Shown here: piece after piece, positions 15,572 through 24,977 of the stretch
Numbering within the stretch: position 1 is the first letter of the stretch
How the letters are laid out: every line of letters begins with the position of its first letter
Origin: Eubacteriales bacterium
Lineage (GTDB): Bacteria > Bacillota > Clostridia > Oscillospirales > CAG-382
Length of the DNA stretch: 64,000 nucleotides
Direction of reading: 5' to 3'
NCBI GenBank assembly: GCA_045644305.1
Contig: JAZRGS010000075.1
Location: forward strand, 465 to 64,464
Made by a program: the position numbers and the translations under genes
Notes under the pieces: model-generated
Database searches by the model: none
The model's input: the letters and a program-made list of their open reading frames with translations, nothing else
What the model was told of the DNA's origin: nothing

Positions 15572-17857
15572 ATGGAACAGCAATCAAAGTCAATCGCGGC
15601 ACGACTTAAATGGGCGAGAGAAAACCTCGAAATTCCCGCCTCGGCTATGGCAGAGGCTTGCGGAATCGGCGAAGCCGAGTACGTGAAAATGGAAAGAGGC
15701 GAAGAGGATTTTTCCTTCTCGTTCCTTTTCAAGTGCGCAAAGCTTCTCGGTATGGACATTTCCGAGCTTGTTTCGGGCTCCGACCCCAAGCTCGACTTTT
15801 ACAACCTTACCCGCGCAGGCGGGGGTATGCCCATCAAGCGCGAAAAGGGCTTTGATTACCGTCACGTCGCTCCCCTTCTCAAAAACCGCGTAAGCGAGCC
15901 CTTTATCGTAACCGCAAAATACGACGAGGAGCTTCAAAGCAAGCCGATCACGCTTGCTACCCACGAGGGTCAGGAATTCAACCTTATCCTCACCGGTAAT
16001 TTGAAGGTTCAGCTCGGTGACCACACCTACATTATGAATCCCGGCGACACGGTCTATTACGACTCGCGCCATCCCCACGGTATGATCGCGGTCGGCGGTC
16101 AGGACTGTACCTTCTTGGCGGTCGTTTTCAAGGAAAGCGCTCCTCAGGAAAATGTTTCCGAAAGCGAGCCCGCCCCCGAAAAGCAGGCAACCTCTTACAA
16201 TTACGACAATTGCATTTACAAGCAGTTCGTTGAAGAAACCTTCGACAGCGAGGGCAAGATTTCGGACATCAAGCTTCACTGCAACGATAATTTTAACTTT
16301 GCATACGACGTTGTTGACGCGTTGGCGGCAAAGGTTCCCGATAAAAAATGTATTCAATGGGTCGGAAACGACGGAACCGAAACAGAATTCACATTCTCGG
16401 ACATTTCGCGTCTTTCCTCCAAGGCGGCTAATTATTTCGCTATGCTCGGAATCAAGAAGGGCGACAGAGTTATGCTCGTTCTTAAGCGCCATTGGCAGTT
16501 CTGGGTGTGCATGATCGCGCTTCACAAGCTCGGCGCCGTTGCGGTTCCCGCAACCAATCAGCTCGTTGAGCACGACTTTGAATATCGCTTTAACGCGGGT
16601 GAAATCAGCGCAATCGTCTGCACCGCAGACGGGAATACCGCGATCGAGGCAGAGCGTGCGGCAGAAAAGGCAAAGACCCTCAGAACCAAAATTATGGTCA
16701 GAGGCTCCCGCGACGGCTGGCACGATTTCGATTCCAACTTCGTTCGCTGCTCGTCGAAATTCGAAAGAGTCGAAAATTCCAAGGACGACCCATCGGTCAT
16801 GTTCTTCTCGTCGGGCACGACGGGATACCCGAAGCTCGCTATGCACAGCTTCACCTACCCTCTCGGACATATCGTCACGGCAAGACATTGGCACCACGTC
16901 GACCCCGACGGCTTGCATTTCACCATTTCCGACACCGGCTGGGGCAAGGCACTTTGGGGCAAGCTTTACGGTCAATGGCTTTGCGAGGCGGCAATCTTCG
17001 TTTACGTCTTCGACCGCTTCGATGCGTCCAAGCTTCTTCCCATGTTCGCAAAATACAACATCACCACCTTCTGCGCACCTCCCACGATGTACCGCTTCTT
17101 CATTCGCGAGGATTTGAGCAAGTACGACCTTTCGTCGCTCAAATATGCAACCATCGCGGGCGAAGCGCTTAATCCCGAGGTATTTAAGCAGTTCTATAAC
17201 GCAACCGGCATCAAGCTTATGGAGGCGTTCGGTCAAACCGAAACCACGCTTACCGTCGGCAACTTTATCGGATGCGAGCCCAAGCCCGGCTCTATGGGTA
17301 AGCCCAGCCCCGCTTACGATATCGACATCGTTCGTGAGGACGGTACCAGCGCCGCTGTCGGCGAAGAGGGCGAAATCGTTATCCGACTCGACAAGGGCAG
17401 ACCCTTCGGCTTGTTCCTCGGATATTACAAGAACGACGAAGCGACAAACGCAGTATTGTGTGACAACGTTTATCACACGGGCGACACCGCTTGGCGCGAC
17501 GAGGATGGCAACTTCTGGTACGTCGGACGCGTCGACGACGTTATTAAGTCGTCCGGTTACAGAATCGGCCCCTTCGAAATCGAAAGCGTTATTATGGAGC
17601 TTCCCTACGTTCTCGAGTGTGCAATCACAGGCGTTCCCGACGAAACGCGCGGACAGGTCGTTAAGGCGACTATCGTTCTTACCAAGGACAAAGCGCCCAG
17701 CGACGAATTGGTCAAGGAAATCCAAGACTACGTCAAAACCCACACCGCGCCCTACAAATACCCCCGCAAGGTTGAGTTCGTAGAAGCGCTTCCCAAGACG
17801 ATTTCGGGTAAGATTCGCAGAACCGCAATTCGAAATCAGGACAAAAACAAGCAGTAA
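15572..17857 (+). CDS. fusion protein: XRE-family HTH + cupin sensor domain + AMP-forming acyl-CoA synthetase (medium-chain/ACSM-like)
   Basis: Single uninterrupted 761-aa ORF with RBS AGAGGAAAG. aa 1-70 form an HTH_3 pattern (ARLKWARENLEIPASAMAEACGIGEAEYVKMERGE). aa ~110-185 are cupin-like (GQEFNLILTGNLKVQLGDHTYIMNPGDTVYYDSRHPHG). The remainder is an adenylate-forming enzyme (FFSSGTTGYPK, YHTGD, SSGYRIGPFEIE, PKTISGKIRR). Confidence 0.8.
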   Translation: MEQQSKSIAARLKWARENLEIPASAMAEACGIGEAEYVKMERGEEDFSFSFLFKCAKLLGMDISELVSGSDPKLDFYNLTRAGGGMPIKREKGFDYRHVAPLLKNRVSEPFIVTAKYDEELQSKPITLATHEGQEFNLILTGNLKVQLGDHTYIMNPGDTVYYDSRHPHGMIAVGGQDCTFLAVVFKESAPQENVSESEPAPEKQATSYNYDNCIYKQFVEETFDSEGKISDIKLHCNDNFNFAYDVVDALAAKVPDKKCIQWVGNDGTETEFTFSDISRLSSKAANYFAMLGIKKGDRVMLVLKRHWQFWVCMIALHKLGAVAVPATNQLVEHDFEYRFNAGEISAIVCTADGNTAIEAERAAEKAKTLRTKIMVRGSRDGWHDFDSNFVRCSSKFERVENSKDDPSVMFFSSGTTGYPKLAMHSFTYPLGHIVTARHWHHVDPDGLHFTISDTGWGKALWGKLYGQWLCEAAIFVYVFDRFDASKLLPMFAKYNITTFCAPPTMYRFFIREDLSKYDLSSLKYATIAGEALNPEVFKQFYNATGIKLMEAFGQTETTLTVGNFIGCEPKPGSMGKPSPAYDIDIVREDGTSAAVGEEGEIVIRLDKGRPFGLFLGYYKNDEATNAVLCDNVYHTGDTAWRDEDGNFWYVGRVDDVIKSSGYRIGPFEIESVIMELPYVLECAITGVPDETRGQVVKATIVLTKDKAPSDELVKEIQDYVKTHTAPYKYPRKVEFVEALPKTISGKIRRTAIRNQDKNKQ

Positions 17858-17871
17858 AATCAAAATCAAGG

Positions 17872-17899
17872 AGCGAGGATGAAAAATCCTCGCTTTTTT
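17872..17899 (+). terminator. rho-independent terminator
   Basis: Stem agcgaggat / atcctcgct, loop gaaaa, then a T6 run. Confidence 0.7.
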
Positions 17900-17932
17900 C
17901 TTGCGATTTCTCGATGAAATTTGAAAAAACTA

Positions 17933-17961
17933 TTGTCTTTTTATGTATTTTTGTGTAGAAT
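17933..17961 (+). promoter_or_regulatory. candidate promoter of the BMP ABC-transporter operon
   Basis: TTGTCT (17933-38), 17-bp spacer, TAGAAT (17956-61). Confidence 0.4.
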
Positions 17962-18009
17962 AAAGTTAATTATCGCAGAGTAATTCTGCAAAAAATACGG
18001 AGGAAAAAA

Positions 18010-19248
18010 ATGAAAAAGTTTATCGCACTCTTTCTTGCCGCTCTTATGCTTGTAAGCTTCGCGGCGTGCTCCAACCTTGACACCGGCGACGGCGCAAACG
18101 GCGGCAACGACGACGCTTCCGACGACGCACTTAAGGTAGGCGCAATTTACATTAACAGCAAGAACGATACCGCAGGCTACACCTTTGCACACCACAACGG
18201 TATCACCACCGCTATGAAGCAGCTCGGTCTCGACCCCGAAAAGCAGCTCTTCATCGTTGACGAAGTTCCCGAAGACAAGGAACAGGTTCTCTCCGCAATC
18301 GACACTCTCGTTGGTAACGGCGTTGACATCATCTTCGGTATCTCCTTCGGTTACATCGATGCTATGGAAGAAGCAGCAGGCAAGTATCCTGACGTTATCT
18401 TCTCGCACGCTACCGGCTACAAGAGCAACGAAACCAACTTCAACAACTACTTCGGCCGTGCATATCAGGCTCGTTACCTCGCAGGTATCGCTGCAGGTCT
18501 CAAGTCCCTCGAAACCGGCAACAACAACATCGGCTACGTTGCAGCATACGGCACCGAATACGCTGAAACCGCTTCCGGTATCAACGGCTTCGCTCTCGGC
18601 GTACAGGCTGTTAACCCCGATGCACAGGTTTACGTTAAGTCTCTCACCAACTGGGCTGACGAAGTAAACGAAAAGGCTTACGCAAACGAGCTCATCGCTT
18701 CCTACGGCTGCGGCATCATTTCTCAGCACTGCGACTCCGCACAGCCTCAGATCGCTGCACAGACTGCAGGCGTCTTCGGTTGCGGCTACAACTCCGACAT
18801 GACCGCTGACGCTCCTAAGGCACACCTCACCGCTGCTATCTGGCACTGGGACGTTTACTACAAGACTGCTATGCAGGCTGCAATCGACTGCGAAAAGGCA
18901 GCTGACTTCGTTACCAAGATGGGCGGTCAGGCATACTACGGCGGCCTTAAGGAAAACTTCGTTGACGTATCTCCTCTCAATAACATCTGCGCTCCCAACA
19001 CCGACAAGGCAATCGCTGCAGTTCGCGAGCTCATCGTTAGCGGCGAATGGGACGTATTCTCCGGCGTTAAGCTCTCTATCGCAGCAGACGGCACCGTCAC
19101 CAAGACCGATGCTGCTCTCGTTGACAACAAGGGCACCGAAATCGTTGCTGCAGGCGGCGCAAGCGTTGCTGACGGCGTAATCACCGGCACCATGAACTAT
19201 CTCGTTGCAGGTATTACTTGGGTTAACGACCCCAACGCAGCTGAATAA
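18010..19248 (+). CDS. BMP-family (PnrA/Med-like) ABC transporter substrate-binding lipoprotein, probably for nucleosides
   Basis: 412 aa with GGAGG RBS and a lipobox (LMLVSFAACS). Shows the BMP family pattern (GAIYINSKNDTAGYTFAHHNG..., GYVAAYG). Codon usage is strongly biased, in the style of highly expressed genes. Confidence 0.85.
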   Translation: MKKFIALFLAALMLVSFAACSNLDTGDGANGGNDDASDDALKVGAIYINSKNDTAGYTFAHHNGITTAMKQLGLDPEKQLFIVDEVPEDKEQVLSAIDTLVGNGVDIIFGISFGYIDAMEEAAGKYPDVIFSHATGYKSNETNFNNYFGRAYQARYLAGIAAGLKSLETGNNNIGYVAAYGTEYAETASGINGFALGVQAVNPDAQVYVKSLTNWADEVNEKAYANELIASYGCGIISQHCDSAQPQIAAQTAGVFGCGYNSDMTADAPKAHLTAAIWHWDVYYKTAMQAAIDCEKAADFVTKMGGQAYYGGLKENFVDVSPLNNICAPNTDKAIAAVRELIVSGEWDVFSGVKLSIAADGTVTKTDAALVDNKGTEIVAAGGASVADGVITGTMNYLVAGITWVNDPNAAE

Positions 19249-19265
19249 TTAACAGCGCATTTTAT

Positions 19266-19302
19266 TCGGGCCGGCCGGATTTTCAGACCGGCCCGATTTT
19301 TT
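19266..19302 (+). terminator. intra-operon hairpin / partial terminator after the binding-protein gene
   Basis: Stem tcgggccgg (19266-74) / ccggcccga (19288-96), then a T6 run. Its position between the SBP and ATPase genes is typical of differential-expression attenuators. Confidence 0.55.
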
Positions 19303-19384
19303 CAAAGTGAACGGGAGAAAACGTTTTTTCGCTTTTTGCCGTTTGCTTCGAAATTACACCAAATCAAGCACAGGAGGCGGTTTT

Positions 19385-20992
19385 ATGGCAAATACCGAAC
19401 ACATCGGCGAAAATAATTATGCCATTGAAATGAGAGGAATCACCAAAACCTTCGGAAGCGTCGTTGCCAACAAGGGCATCAATCTTTCGGTAAAATCGGG
19501 TGAAATCCTCGCGCTGCTCGGCGAAAACGGCTCGGGCAAAACCACCCTTATGAATATGCTGTCGGGTATTTACAAGCCCGACGAGGGCAGCATTTTCGTT
19601 GACGGACAAGAGGTCTCGATCAACTCTCCCGAGGACTCTAAAAAATATGGAATAGGCATGGTGCATCAGCATTTTAAGCTTGTTGATGTTTTTTCTGCCG
19701 CAGATAATATCTGGCTCGGACGCGACAATTCCGGCTTCCTGCTTAAAAACGACCGTTATTCGACGATTGAAAGCCTTGCAAACACCTTCGGCTTCGAATT
19801 AGACCCCAGAAAAAAGGTTTATAATATGTCGGTTTCCGAAAAGCAGACTCTTGAAATCGTCAAGGTGCTTTGCTACGGCGCAAAGATCGTCATTCTCGAC
19901 GAGCCGACGGCGGTTCTTACCGTTCAGGAAATCGAAAAGCTCTTCAACGTACTCCGCCGTATGAAGGAGGAGGGCCACGCAATAATCATCATCACCCACA
20001 AGCTAAACGAGGTTATGGAAATTTCCGACCGCGTTGCGATTTTGCGTAAGGGCGAATATATCACGACCGTCAACACAGACGAAACAAATGAACAGCAATT
20101 GACCGAATATATGGTCGGCAGAAAGGTCGACCTCAACATCAACCGTCCTCTCGTCGAAAAGACCCGCCCGCTTCTCGAGGTGCGCGAGCTTACCATTCAA
20201 AACGACGAGGGCGCAACCGCAATCGACAACGTCAGCTTCTATATCCGCGGCGGCGAAATTTTGGGCGTTGCGGGCATCGCGGGCTGCGGTCAGAAGGAGC
20301 TTTGCGAGGCTATCGCGGGACTTCGCCCGATAAAATCGGGACAAATGATACACAAGGGCGACAACATTGTCGGACTTTCGCCCAAGCAGATTCTCGAAAA
20401 GGGCATATCGATGTCCTTCATCCCCGAGGATAGACTTGGTATGGGTCTTGCACCCTCGATGTCGATAACCGACAATATGCTTTTAAAGAACTATCGCGAC
20501 GGCAACAGCCCCTTTGTCGACAGAAAGCGCGGCAAGGCGGACGCCGAGCAGATCATCAAGGAGCTCGAGGTCGTCACTCCCTCGGCTGAAACACCTGTAC
20601 GCCGTCTTTCGGGCGGTAACGTTCAAAAGGTTCTTCTCGGACGTGAAATCAAGGCTGGCCCGAACGTAATCGTAACCGCTTACCCCGTGCGCGGACTTGA
20701 CATCAACTCGTCTTATATGATCTACGATATCCTCAACAAGCAAAAGACCGATGGCGTCGGAATTTTGTTCGTCGGCGAGGACCTTGACGTTATGATGGCG
20801 CTTTGCGACAAGATAATGGTGCTCTGCCACGGCAGACTTATGGGCGTGGTTCACGCGCACAAAACCTCTAAGAGCGAGCTTGGTCTTATGATGACGGGTG
20901 CGCTTGACCTCAGCGAAAAATATGAGGACAAGCCTGCGGGTATCGCAAAAGACACCCTTTTCGGTGAAAATACGGCTAAGGAGGAACAGTAA
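19385..20992 (+). CDS. ABC transporter ATP-binding protein (tandem NBDs)
   Basis: ORF 19307-20992, with likely start ATG 19385 (MANTEHIG) after AGGAGG. First NBD: Walker A GENGSGKTT, signature VSEKQ, Walker B ILDEPT. Second NBD: signature LSGGNVQK. Confidence 0.85.
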   Translation: MANTEHIGENNYAIEMRGITKTFGSVVANKGINLSVKSGEILALLGENGSGKTTLMNMLSGIYKPDEGSIFVDGQEVSINSPEDSKKYGIGMVHQHFKLVDVFSAADNIWLGRDNSGFLLKNDRYSTIESLANTFGFELDPRKKVYNMSVSEKQTLEIVKVLCYGAKIVILDEPTAVLTVQEIEKLFNVLRRMKEEGHAIIIITHKLNEVMEISDRVAILRKGEYITTVNTDETNEQQLTEYMVGRKVDLNINRPLVEKTRPLLEVRELTIQNDEGATAIDNVSFYIRGGEILGVAGIAGCGQKELCEAIAGLRPIKSGQMIHKGDNIVGLSPKQILEKGISMSFIPEDRLGMGLAPSMSITDNMLLKNYRDGNSPFVDRKRGKADAEQIIKELEVVTPSAETPVRRLSGGNVQKVLLGREIKAGPNVIVTAYPVRGLDINSSYMIYDILNKQKTDGVGILFVGEDLDVMMALCDKIMVLCHGRLMGVVHAHKTSKSELGLMMTGALDLSEKYEDKPAGIAKDTLFGENTAKEEQ

Positions 20993-22105
20993 ATGGGATT
21001 TCATATCGTAAAACGTGAAAATTGCCCCTTTTGGCAAAAATGCTGCTTGTACCTCGGTGCCGTTGTGCTTGCCGTTCTGATCGGCGCCTGCATACTCCTC
21101 GCGATCGGTGTTTCCCCGATAAGCTATTACACTCGTATGTTTACGATGAATATGATCGGAAACCGAATTTCGCACGTTATTCTTATAAATTACCTCAAAA
21201 AGCTTGTTCCCCTCGCGCTTACATCGGTTGCGCTTTCGCTTGCATTTAAGATGCGCTTTTGGAACATCGGCGGCGAGGGTCAGTTCATCATAGGCGCGAT
21301 AGCTTCGGCATTTGTTGCTCTTAAGTGGGGCGCTTCGATGCCCAAGGCGATCGCTTTGATAGTTATGTGTCTTGCGGCGATGCTTGCGGCAGGTCTTTAC
21401 GGCTTGATCGCGGCTTGGCTGAAGGTGAAATTCAACACAAACGAAACCTTGATGACCTTGATGCTCAACTACATCGCGCTTTACCTCTTGATATTCTTGA
21501 GCGAGCAGCGCAAGGAATGGAACTTCTTCCTCGATCCCGAATCGCTCCGCCCCAAGTTCGCAAGCTTTTCAAACATCCTTAAGATGCCGGTTTTCAAAAT
21601 CGGCCCGAAATTCGAGCTTAACCTTTGCGTTATTCTCACGGCGGTCATCGGCATCCTTATTTTCGTTTATTTGAAATACACCAAGCACGGTTATGAAATC
21701 AGCGTTATCGGCGACAGCGCAGGTACCGCAAATTACGCAGGCATGAACGTAAAGAGAATCATTCTCCGCACGGTATTCCTTTCTGCGGCATTGATCGGCT
21801 TGGCGGCATCCTTCAGAGTGGGCACCGCCGGTATTCTTTCGACCTCGATCACCGAGGACGTGGGTTGGACGGGCATCATCGTCGCTTGGCTTGCAAAGCT
21901 CAACACGGGTATGATTTTCCTTGTGTCCGCATTGATATGCGTGCTTCAGCAGGGCTCTGTCGAGGCGGCAACCTCATTCTCGCAGGTTTCCTCGAGCTTC
22001 GCGAACATTCTTCAGGGACTTATTTTGTTCCTTGTCCTCACAGCAGATTTCTTCACCCGCTTCAGCATAGTCCGCGCAAAGAAAGGAGAGAACGCAAATG
22101 GATAA
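20993..22105 (+). CDS. ABC transporter permease
   Basis: 370 aa, polytopic and hydrophobic. It starts immediately after the ATPase stop. Confidence 0.8.
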   Translation: MGFHIVKRENCPFWQKCCLYLGAVVLAVLIGACILLAIGVSPISYYTRMFTMNMIGNRISHVILINYLKKLVPLALTSVALSLAFKMRFWNIGGEGQFIIGAIASAFVALKWGASMPKAIALIVMCLAAMLAAGLYGLIAAWLKVKFNTNETLMTLMLNYIALYLLIFLSEQRKEWNFFLDPESLRPKFASFSNILKMPVFKIGPKFELNLCVILTAVIGILIFVYLKYTKHGYEISVIGDSAGTANYAGMNVKRIILRTVFLSAALIGLAASFRVGTAGILSTSITEDVGWTGIIVAWLAKLNTGMIFLVSALICVLQQGSVEAATSFSQVSSSFANILQGLILFLVLTADFFTRFSIVRAKKGENANG

Positions 22106-23096
22106 AGTCGGTGTATTAACTCAATTTGTCTATAACATCGTTCTTTTGAACATTCCCCTTCTTTACGGCACGGTCGGTGAAATCGTGGTTGAAAAATCGG
22201 GCTCGCTTAATTTGGGCGTTGAGGGCACAATGGCTGTCGGCGCAATCTTCGGTTATATTTTCGGATGCTATGCGAACAGCTTGGGCATCGGTATTCTTTC
22301 GGCGTTCCTTATGGGTGCGCTTTGCGGTCTGCTTTTCGCTTTGCTTACCGTTTCGCTTCAGGCGAACCAAAACATCACCGGTCTTACAATTACCACCTTC
22401 GGGCTCGGCGTTTACTTCTTCGTCGGTCACAGCCTTAAGGCGGCGAAGCGTATGCCCGTTATGAACGACTACGACAACATCGTGAACGGCTTTGACGGCA
22501 TCGAAATTCCGCTTCTCTCAAAGATTCCCATTATCGGCAAGGGATTTTTCGGCCAGAACCTTTTGGTTTACCTCGGCATCGCAATCGCGATCGCGGCATG
22601 GTGGTATCTTAACCACACGTCGCTCGGCTTGAAGCTTCGCGCGGTGGGCGAAAACCCCGCGGCGGCAGACTCGGTCGGTATCAACGTAAAACGCATGAAA
22701 TACATCCATATCTGCCTCGGATGCGGAATTATGGGCATCGGCGGATATTATATGGGTCTTAATATGTCGGGCTCGTTCAACTCGAGCTGCTGGATCAACG
22801 GCTACGGCTGGATCGCAGTTGCGCTTGTAATCTTCGCTAACTGGAACCCCGCGCTCGCAATTCTCGGCACCTTCGTTTTCGGCTTCTTCAACGCGCTTCC
22901 CGTTTCGGCAAGCAGCCTTGCGATGGCGTTCCCGAAGGCTTTGGGTTGGTTGTCGACGATACCGAGCCAGCTTTACGACGCACTCCCCTTCATCATCACC
23001 GCGATCGTGCTCGTCGTAACCTCGATTCGCAACAAGCGCGGCAGCAGCGGATTGCCCGCCGCGTTGGGTCTTAACTACTTCCGCGAGGAAAGATAA
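22098..23096 (+). CDS. ABC transporter permease
   Basis: 332 aa, polytopic. It overlaps the previous permease by 8 nt. Confidence 0.8.
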   Translation: MDKVGVLTQFVYNIVLLNIPLLYGTVGEIVVEKSGSLNLGVEGTMAVGAIFGYIFGCYANSLGIGILSAFLMGALCGLLFALLTVSLQANQNITGLTITTFGLGVYFFVGHSLKAAKRMPVMNDYDNIVNGFDGIEIPLLSKIPIIGKGFFGQNLLVYLGIAIAIAAWWYLNHTSLGLKLRAVGENPAAADSVGINVKRMKYIHICLGCGIMGIGGYYMGLNMSGSFNSSCWINGYGWIAVALVIFANWNPALAILGTFVFGFFNALPVSASSLAMAFPKALGWLSTIPSQLYDALPFIITAIVLVVTSIRNKRGSSGLPAALGLNYFREER

Positions 23097-23115
23097 GAAC
23101 AACACAACAAATAAA

Positions 23116-23155
23116 AAGCTTAGGTCAAGGGCGATACCCTACCTAAGCTTTTTTA
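23116..23155. terminator. bidirectional terminator between convergent genes
   Basis: Stem aagcttaggt (23116-25) / acctaagctt (23141-50), with A-run and T-run flanks. Confidence 0.6.
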
Positions 23156-23623
23156 TTTATGGTATTTCTTTCCGTTGTTTATTGCGAATGCGCGATAGAC
23201 CTGCTCGGCGAGCATAACCCGCGCAAGCATATGCGGAAAGGTCATTTTCGACATCGAAAGGCGCAAGTCACATTCTCGCTTTAACGATTCGTCAAGCCCG
23301 AAGCTCGAGCCGATGATAAAGCAAATCGGTCGCGATTCGTTTTCAAAAGCCTTTGCAAGCTCGGTGCTCGACAATTGCTTGCCCTCGATGCACATCGCGA
23401 TTTTCAAGGCATTTTTCGGAATCTGCTGACGAATCGCATTTGCCTCCTTTTCAAGGGCGCGCTGAATCAGCTTTTCGGATTCCTCACCGAAGCAGGATTC
23501 CTCTTTTATGCAAACGGTTTTATAGTCGCAAAATGCCTTTAAACGCTTGATATATTCGGTTTCGGCGTCCTTAAAGTATTTTTCCTTAAAATCGCCGACG
23601 TGAATCACAGTGACAGAATTCAT
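23153..23623 (-). CDS. rlmH: 23S rRNA (pseudouridine1915-N3)-methyltransferase
   Basis: About 156 aa of the SPOUT family (ICFIIGSSFGL...LSMSKMTFPHMLARVML.EQ.YRA). ATG 23623 overlaps the upstream TGA, and an AAGGAGA RBS is present. Confidence 0.85.
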   Translation of the reverse strand: MNSVTVIHVGDFKEKYFKDAETEYIKRLKAFCDYKTVCIKEESCFGEESEKLIQRALEKEANAIRQQIPKNALKIAMCIEGKQLSSTELAKAFENESRPICFIIGSSFGLDESLKRECDLRLSMSKMTFPHMLARVMLAEQVYRAFAINNGKKYHK

Positions 23624-24204
23624 CACTTTCTCCTTTTTTGCGTCTTTTTCTTGCGCACCGAAAAGCCGAAATCGCCGATTTTTTTGCCCAGCGTGAAGTA
23701 ATCGCCGTGTAAATAGGCGAGCATATCGGCTTTTTCAAGCATAAGCCTTCCCTTTTCATCGACAATTTCCTCGTCGACGGTGACAGCAACGATATCTGCG
23801 ATAAACATATCGTGCGAGCCGAGGGGGATGATTTTATCGACCTTACATTCAAGCGTCATCGGACATTCGGCAACGCTTTTGCAGGAAACCGCGACAGAAT
23901 CCGCCTTTGTAAGCTTGGTTTCCTTGAATTTGTCGTAATCCTTGCCCGACCTTACGCCACACCAATCGAGCGCTCTTACCATCTTTGAAGTCGGGAGATT
24001 AACGCAAAATTCGCCGCTTTGCTTGATGATTTCGTAAGAAAACCGCTCGGGACGGACAGAAATATAAAGCTTCGGGGGATGTGTCGAGCAAATTCCCGTC
24101 CAGCCGATAGTTATTAAATTGTCGGCTTCGCCGTTTCCGCAGGAAACCAAAACCGCGGGCACGGGCGCCAACAACGCCCCGCCCTTCCAATGCTGTTTTG
24201 CCAT
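23623..24204 (-). CDS. flavin reductase-like (FMN-binding split-barrel) protein
   Basis: 193 aa. Pattern NLITIGWTGICSTHPPKLYISVRPERFSYEIIKQSGEFCVNLP is typical of the flavin reductase domain. Confidence 0.7.
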   Translation of the reverse strand: MAKQHWKGGALLAPVPAVLVSCGNGEADNLITIGWTGICSTHPPKLYISVRPERFSYEIIKQSGEFCVNLPTSKMVRALDWCGVRSGKDYDKFKETKLTKADSVAVSCKSVAECPMTLECKVDKIIPLGSHDMFIADIVAVTVDEEIVDEKGRLMLEKADMLAYLHGDYFTLGKKIGDFGFSVRKKKTQKRRK

Positions 24205-24260
24205 AATCGAACCTATACAATAAAACTTACGTATTTTTCAAGGACATGCGCCTTGGTAAA

Positions 24261-24968
24261 TTATTGCTCGGAAATCAGCCTTTTCGTGATCTCATACGCC
24301 ATTCTCAATCCCGCTGTTGCAGGCACGAAAACCGCGCTCGAAGGTGTCGCTCTGCCCGTGATTTCATTTCTGCCCTCGACGCATTTTCCGGGAGGCTCTT
24401 CCGAGCAAACGACGGTTAATTTATCGACCCCACGGGCGCGAAGCTCCTTTCGCATAACCCGCGCAAGCGGGTCTCCCTCGGTTTTAAAAACGTCGGTGAC
24501 TATAATTCTCGAGGGGTCAAGGCGGTTGCCTGTGCCCATCGAGGAAATTATTTCGACACCCGCTTCGTTGGATTTTTGTATGAGCAGAAGCTTGCTCGTC
24601 ACGGTATCGATACAATCGGCGACAAAATCATATTCGCCCACGTCGATCTCATCTGCGGTTTCCGCCGAATAAAAGAGATCGAACGAGCTTACCTTGCAAT
24701 CGGGATTGATGTCCGACAGCCGTTGTGCGCAGACCTCCGCCTTTGATTTTTCGACCGTCGAGGTCAAGGCGATAAGCTGACGGTTGCGATTGGTTTCGGA
24801 AACGACGTCGCCGTCAACGACCGTGATTTTGCCGATGCCGCATCGCACCAGCGCCTCCGCACACCAAGAGCCTACCCCGCCCACACCGAAGACGATGACG
24901 CTTGAATTATTCAATTTTTCTTCACCGTCTTCGCCTATCAAGGGAAGCGAGCGTTCCAAAAGACTCAT
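24261..24968 (-). CDS. tcdA: tRNA threonylcarbamoyladenosine dehydratase (ThiF/E1-like)
   Basis: 235 aa. Contains a GVGGVGSW nucleotide-binding loop and ...DGD.V..TN.NRQ, a ThiF-family pattern at TcdA-typical size. Confidence 0.75.
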   Translation of the reverse strand: MSLLERSLPLIGEDGEEKLNNSSVIVFGVGGVGSWCAEALVRCGIGKITVVDGDVVSETNRNRQLIALTSTVEKSKAEVCAQRLSDINPDCKVSSFDLFYSAETADEIDVGEYDFVADCIDTVTSKLLLIQKSNEAGVEIISSMGTGNRLDPSRIIVTDVFKTEGDPLARVMRKELRARGVDKLTVVCSEEPPGKCVEGRNEITGRATPSSAVFVPATAGLRMAYEITKRLISEQ

Positions 24969-24977
24969 AATGCACCT

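Noticed and set aside
15590-17869. 759-aa minus-strand ORF
   Set aside because: It lies antisense to the HTH-cupin-acyl-CoA synthetase, whose AMP-binding motifs sit in the plus frame.
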